Of a DNA stretch of 32,000 bases, positions 31,853 through 32,000 are shown piece by piece (within the stretch, counting starts at the first letter, position 1; each line of letters starts with the position of its first letter). Under the pieces are notes generated by a model that worked only from the letters and a program-made list of their open reading frames with translations, made no database searches and was not told the origin of the DNA. The stretch spans positions 1,530,001 through 1,562,000 of the forward strand of contig OW818653.1 in NCBI GenBank assembly GCA_942492995.1, given 5' to 3'. Origin of the DNA: an uncultured Erysipelotrichaceae bacterium (GTDB taxonomy: Bacteria > Bacillota_I > Bacilli_A > Erysipelotrichales > Erysipelotrichaceae). The position numbers and the translations under genes were made by a program.

Positions 31853-32000
31853 GCCTCTGCCTCCTTAATCTTCAATTCTAACTTCTGTTCGGTTATTAAA
31901 TCATCGTTTACGTACAAACGATAGTGAATATAGATTAAATCATTATTGTTAATCATATTCAAGGTTTCAACTTCTCCATTGAATACGCTTTGATCATCTT
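31849..32000 (-). CDS. 3' end of an upstream ORF truncated by the window edge (possibly a DUF1934/YwiB-like protein, which precedes argS in Bacilli)
   Basis: The frame is open from the window edge and reads ...DDQSVFNGEVETLNMINNNDLIYIHYRLYVNDDLITEQKLELKIKEAEA*. Its TGA overlaps the argS ATG (ATGA) and it contains the argS SD GGAGG. The family call rests on synteny only. Confidence 0.5.
   Translation of the reverse strand, partial: DDQSVFNGEVETLNMINNNDLIYIHYRLYVNDDLITEQKLELKIKEAEA

Overview
This window is a low-GC Firmicutes-type chromosomal backbone (Bacilli/Erysipelotrichia-like gene order). It uses the standard genetic code: TGA acts as a stop at four overlapping gene junctions. I count 35 complete CDS, one frameshifted 3' gene fragment and one edge-truncated CDS. 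All but three genes are on the minus strand.

Gene order:
- + strand: NatAB/YhaQP-like ABC ATPase and ABC-2 permease.
- Minus strand: abiEii-abiEi, lysS-dusB-hslO, ftsH-hpt-tilS, a MazF-fold gene, mreB/mbl, a DUF1146 gene, the full F1Fo operon atpCDGAHFEBI, upp, glyA, rpiB, and a multi-TM protein gene.
- + strand, divergent from the multi-TM gene: an XRE-HTH regulator.
- Minus strand: prmC-prfA-tdk-rpmE, murA, pyrG, a zinc-ribbon membrane protein gene, rpoE (delta), argS, and a partial upstream ORF.

I saw no rRNA, tRNA, CRISPR array, transposase or integrase.

Four small, visibly more AT-rich or non-syntenic insertions interrupt the housekeeping blocks:
1. A compact AbiEi/AbiEii type IV toxin-antitoxin (TA) / abortive-infection pair.
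2. An orphan MazF/PemK-fold protein with a ~67-aa N-terminal extension and no antitoxin gene.
3. A divergent XRE regulator / multi-TM protein pair sharing a spacer with three ATACAAC(C)TA repeats and no Shine-Dalgarno (SD) sequences.
4. A zinc-ribbon polytopic membrane protein between rpoE and pyrG.

Other points worth a second look:
- tilS carries a 1-nt frameshift, so its conserved C-terminal box sits in the +1 frame.
- The pyrG leader has a GGGC start and a CCUCC-containing terminator, matching the CTP-sensitive reiterative-transcription attenuator.
- The ATP synthase c subunit shows a Q...ET...Y sodium-ligand-like pattern.
- A structured 300-bp murA-rpmE spacer lies where Bacillus carries rho.

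I found no clear, large, novel multi-gene system. The MazF-fusion gene and the XRE/TM module are the best candidates for something undescribed, and both remain hypotheses.
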